Origin: an uncultured Clostridia bacterium
GTDB lineage: Bacteria > Bacillota > Clostridia > Oscillospirales > UBA644
Length of the DNA: 64,000 nucleotides
Direction: 5' to 3'
Assembly: GCA_948443805.1 (NCBI GenBank)
Contig: CAOJUB010000002.1
Coordinates: forward strand, 4,910 to 68,909
Under the pieces are notes generated by a model. The model made no database searches, was not told the origin of the DNA, and saw only the letters and a list, made by a program, of their open reading frames with translations. A program made the position numbers and the translations under genes. Every line of letters begins with the position of its first letter. Positions within the stretch are counted from its first letter, which is position 1. This document shows, piece by piece, positions 63,711-64,000 of the stretch.

Positions 63711-64000
63711 ATGCTTTTGAAAACCATTCTGATTATCGACGACGATATGCATATCGGAAATATGCTGGAAGAAGTTCTGCTAAAAGAAGGATACCGCGTA
63801 CAGCGCGCTTATTCCGGAACCGAAGCGCTGCTGTTGCTGAAAAACGCCGCGCCCGACCTGATTCTGCTGGATCTGATGCTTCCGGGGCTGAACGGAGAAG
63901 AGTTGCTGCCCCGGATCAAAGGCATTCCGGTCATTGTTGTCAGCGCGAAAACCGCAGTGGAAAGTAAAGTCAGTCTGCTGCTGAACGGCGCCTGTGATTA
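63711..64000 (+). CDS. Response regulator, receiver domain only (runs off the right edge)
   Basis: MLLKTILIIDDDMHIGNMLEEVLLKEGY...PDLILLDLMLPGLNGEELL...VIVVSAK. RBS aaggag. Confidence 0.85.
   Translation, partial: MLLKTILIIDDDMHIGNMLEEVLLKEGYRVQRAYSGTEALLLLKNAAPDLILLDLMLPGLNGEELLPRIKGIPVIVVSAKTAVESKVSLLLNGACD

Noticed and set aside
1-64000. Search for CRISPR arrays, rRNA genes, intact IS elements/transposases, integrases and prophage structural genes.
   Set aside because: I saw no regularly spaced 25-40-nt direct repeats, no rRNA-like sequence, and no DDE/serine/tyrosine recombinase motifs in any long ORF. Mobile DNA is represented only by scars (tRNA fragment, gene ghosts).

Overview
The window is from a Clostridia chromosome, probably Oscillospiraceae/Ruminococcus-like, judging by dockerin modules, spoVT, a T-box leader and many TTGACA-N17-TATAAT promoters. 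It splits into two parts.

**Part A (1 to about 17.95 kb)** is visibly AT-rich and is an accessory defence island, entirely on the minus strand. It contains:
- a four-gene, translationally coupled operon: SNF2 helicase, membrane SH3b protein, small ORF, and a type III Mod methyltransferase that runs off the left edge;
- an XRE-HTH plus class III Fic pair, followed by decayed gene ghosts;
- a 3' fragment of a tRNA-Ser(CGA) gene with its terminator, which looks like an integration scar;
- a six-gene operon: beta-class MTase, Eco57I-like type IIG enzyme, frameshifted GIY-YIG/EVE protein, frameshifted HEPN-like protein, a 935-aa protein with a DUF4062/TIR-like N-terminus and helical repeats, and a Zn ribbon;
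- a Schlafen/AlbA_2-type regulator.

The most interesting candidate for an undescribed system is the HEPN-like + DUF4062-repeat giant + Zn-ribbon cassette (7932-11620). Second is the SNF2/SH3b/Mod operon (1-5091).

**Part B (about 18-64 kb)** is GC-richer core genome. It contains:
- a Pho regulon cluster (pstSCAB-phoU, PhoP/PhoR-like two-component system plus HAD phosphatase, Na/Pi symporter) whose three promoters share a four-repeat Pho box;
- a yybP-ykoY-like leader upstream of a CaCA antiporter;
- cdaA-cdaR, spoVT, ppa, T-box(Asn)-asnB, tRNA-Gln and tRNA-Arg;
- three tandem secreted multi-domain proteins (two with near-identical dockerins, with His/Cys-rich repeat arrays);
- hup, rpsO-pnp, an ECF sigma cassette and an ABC-2 exporter.

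I found no CRISPR array, rRNA or intact transposase/integrase. All domain calls come from reading motifs by eye; no database search was run.
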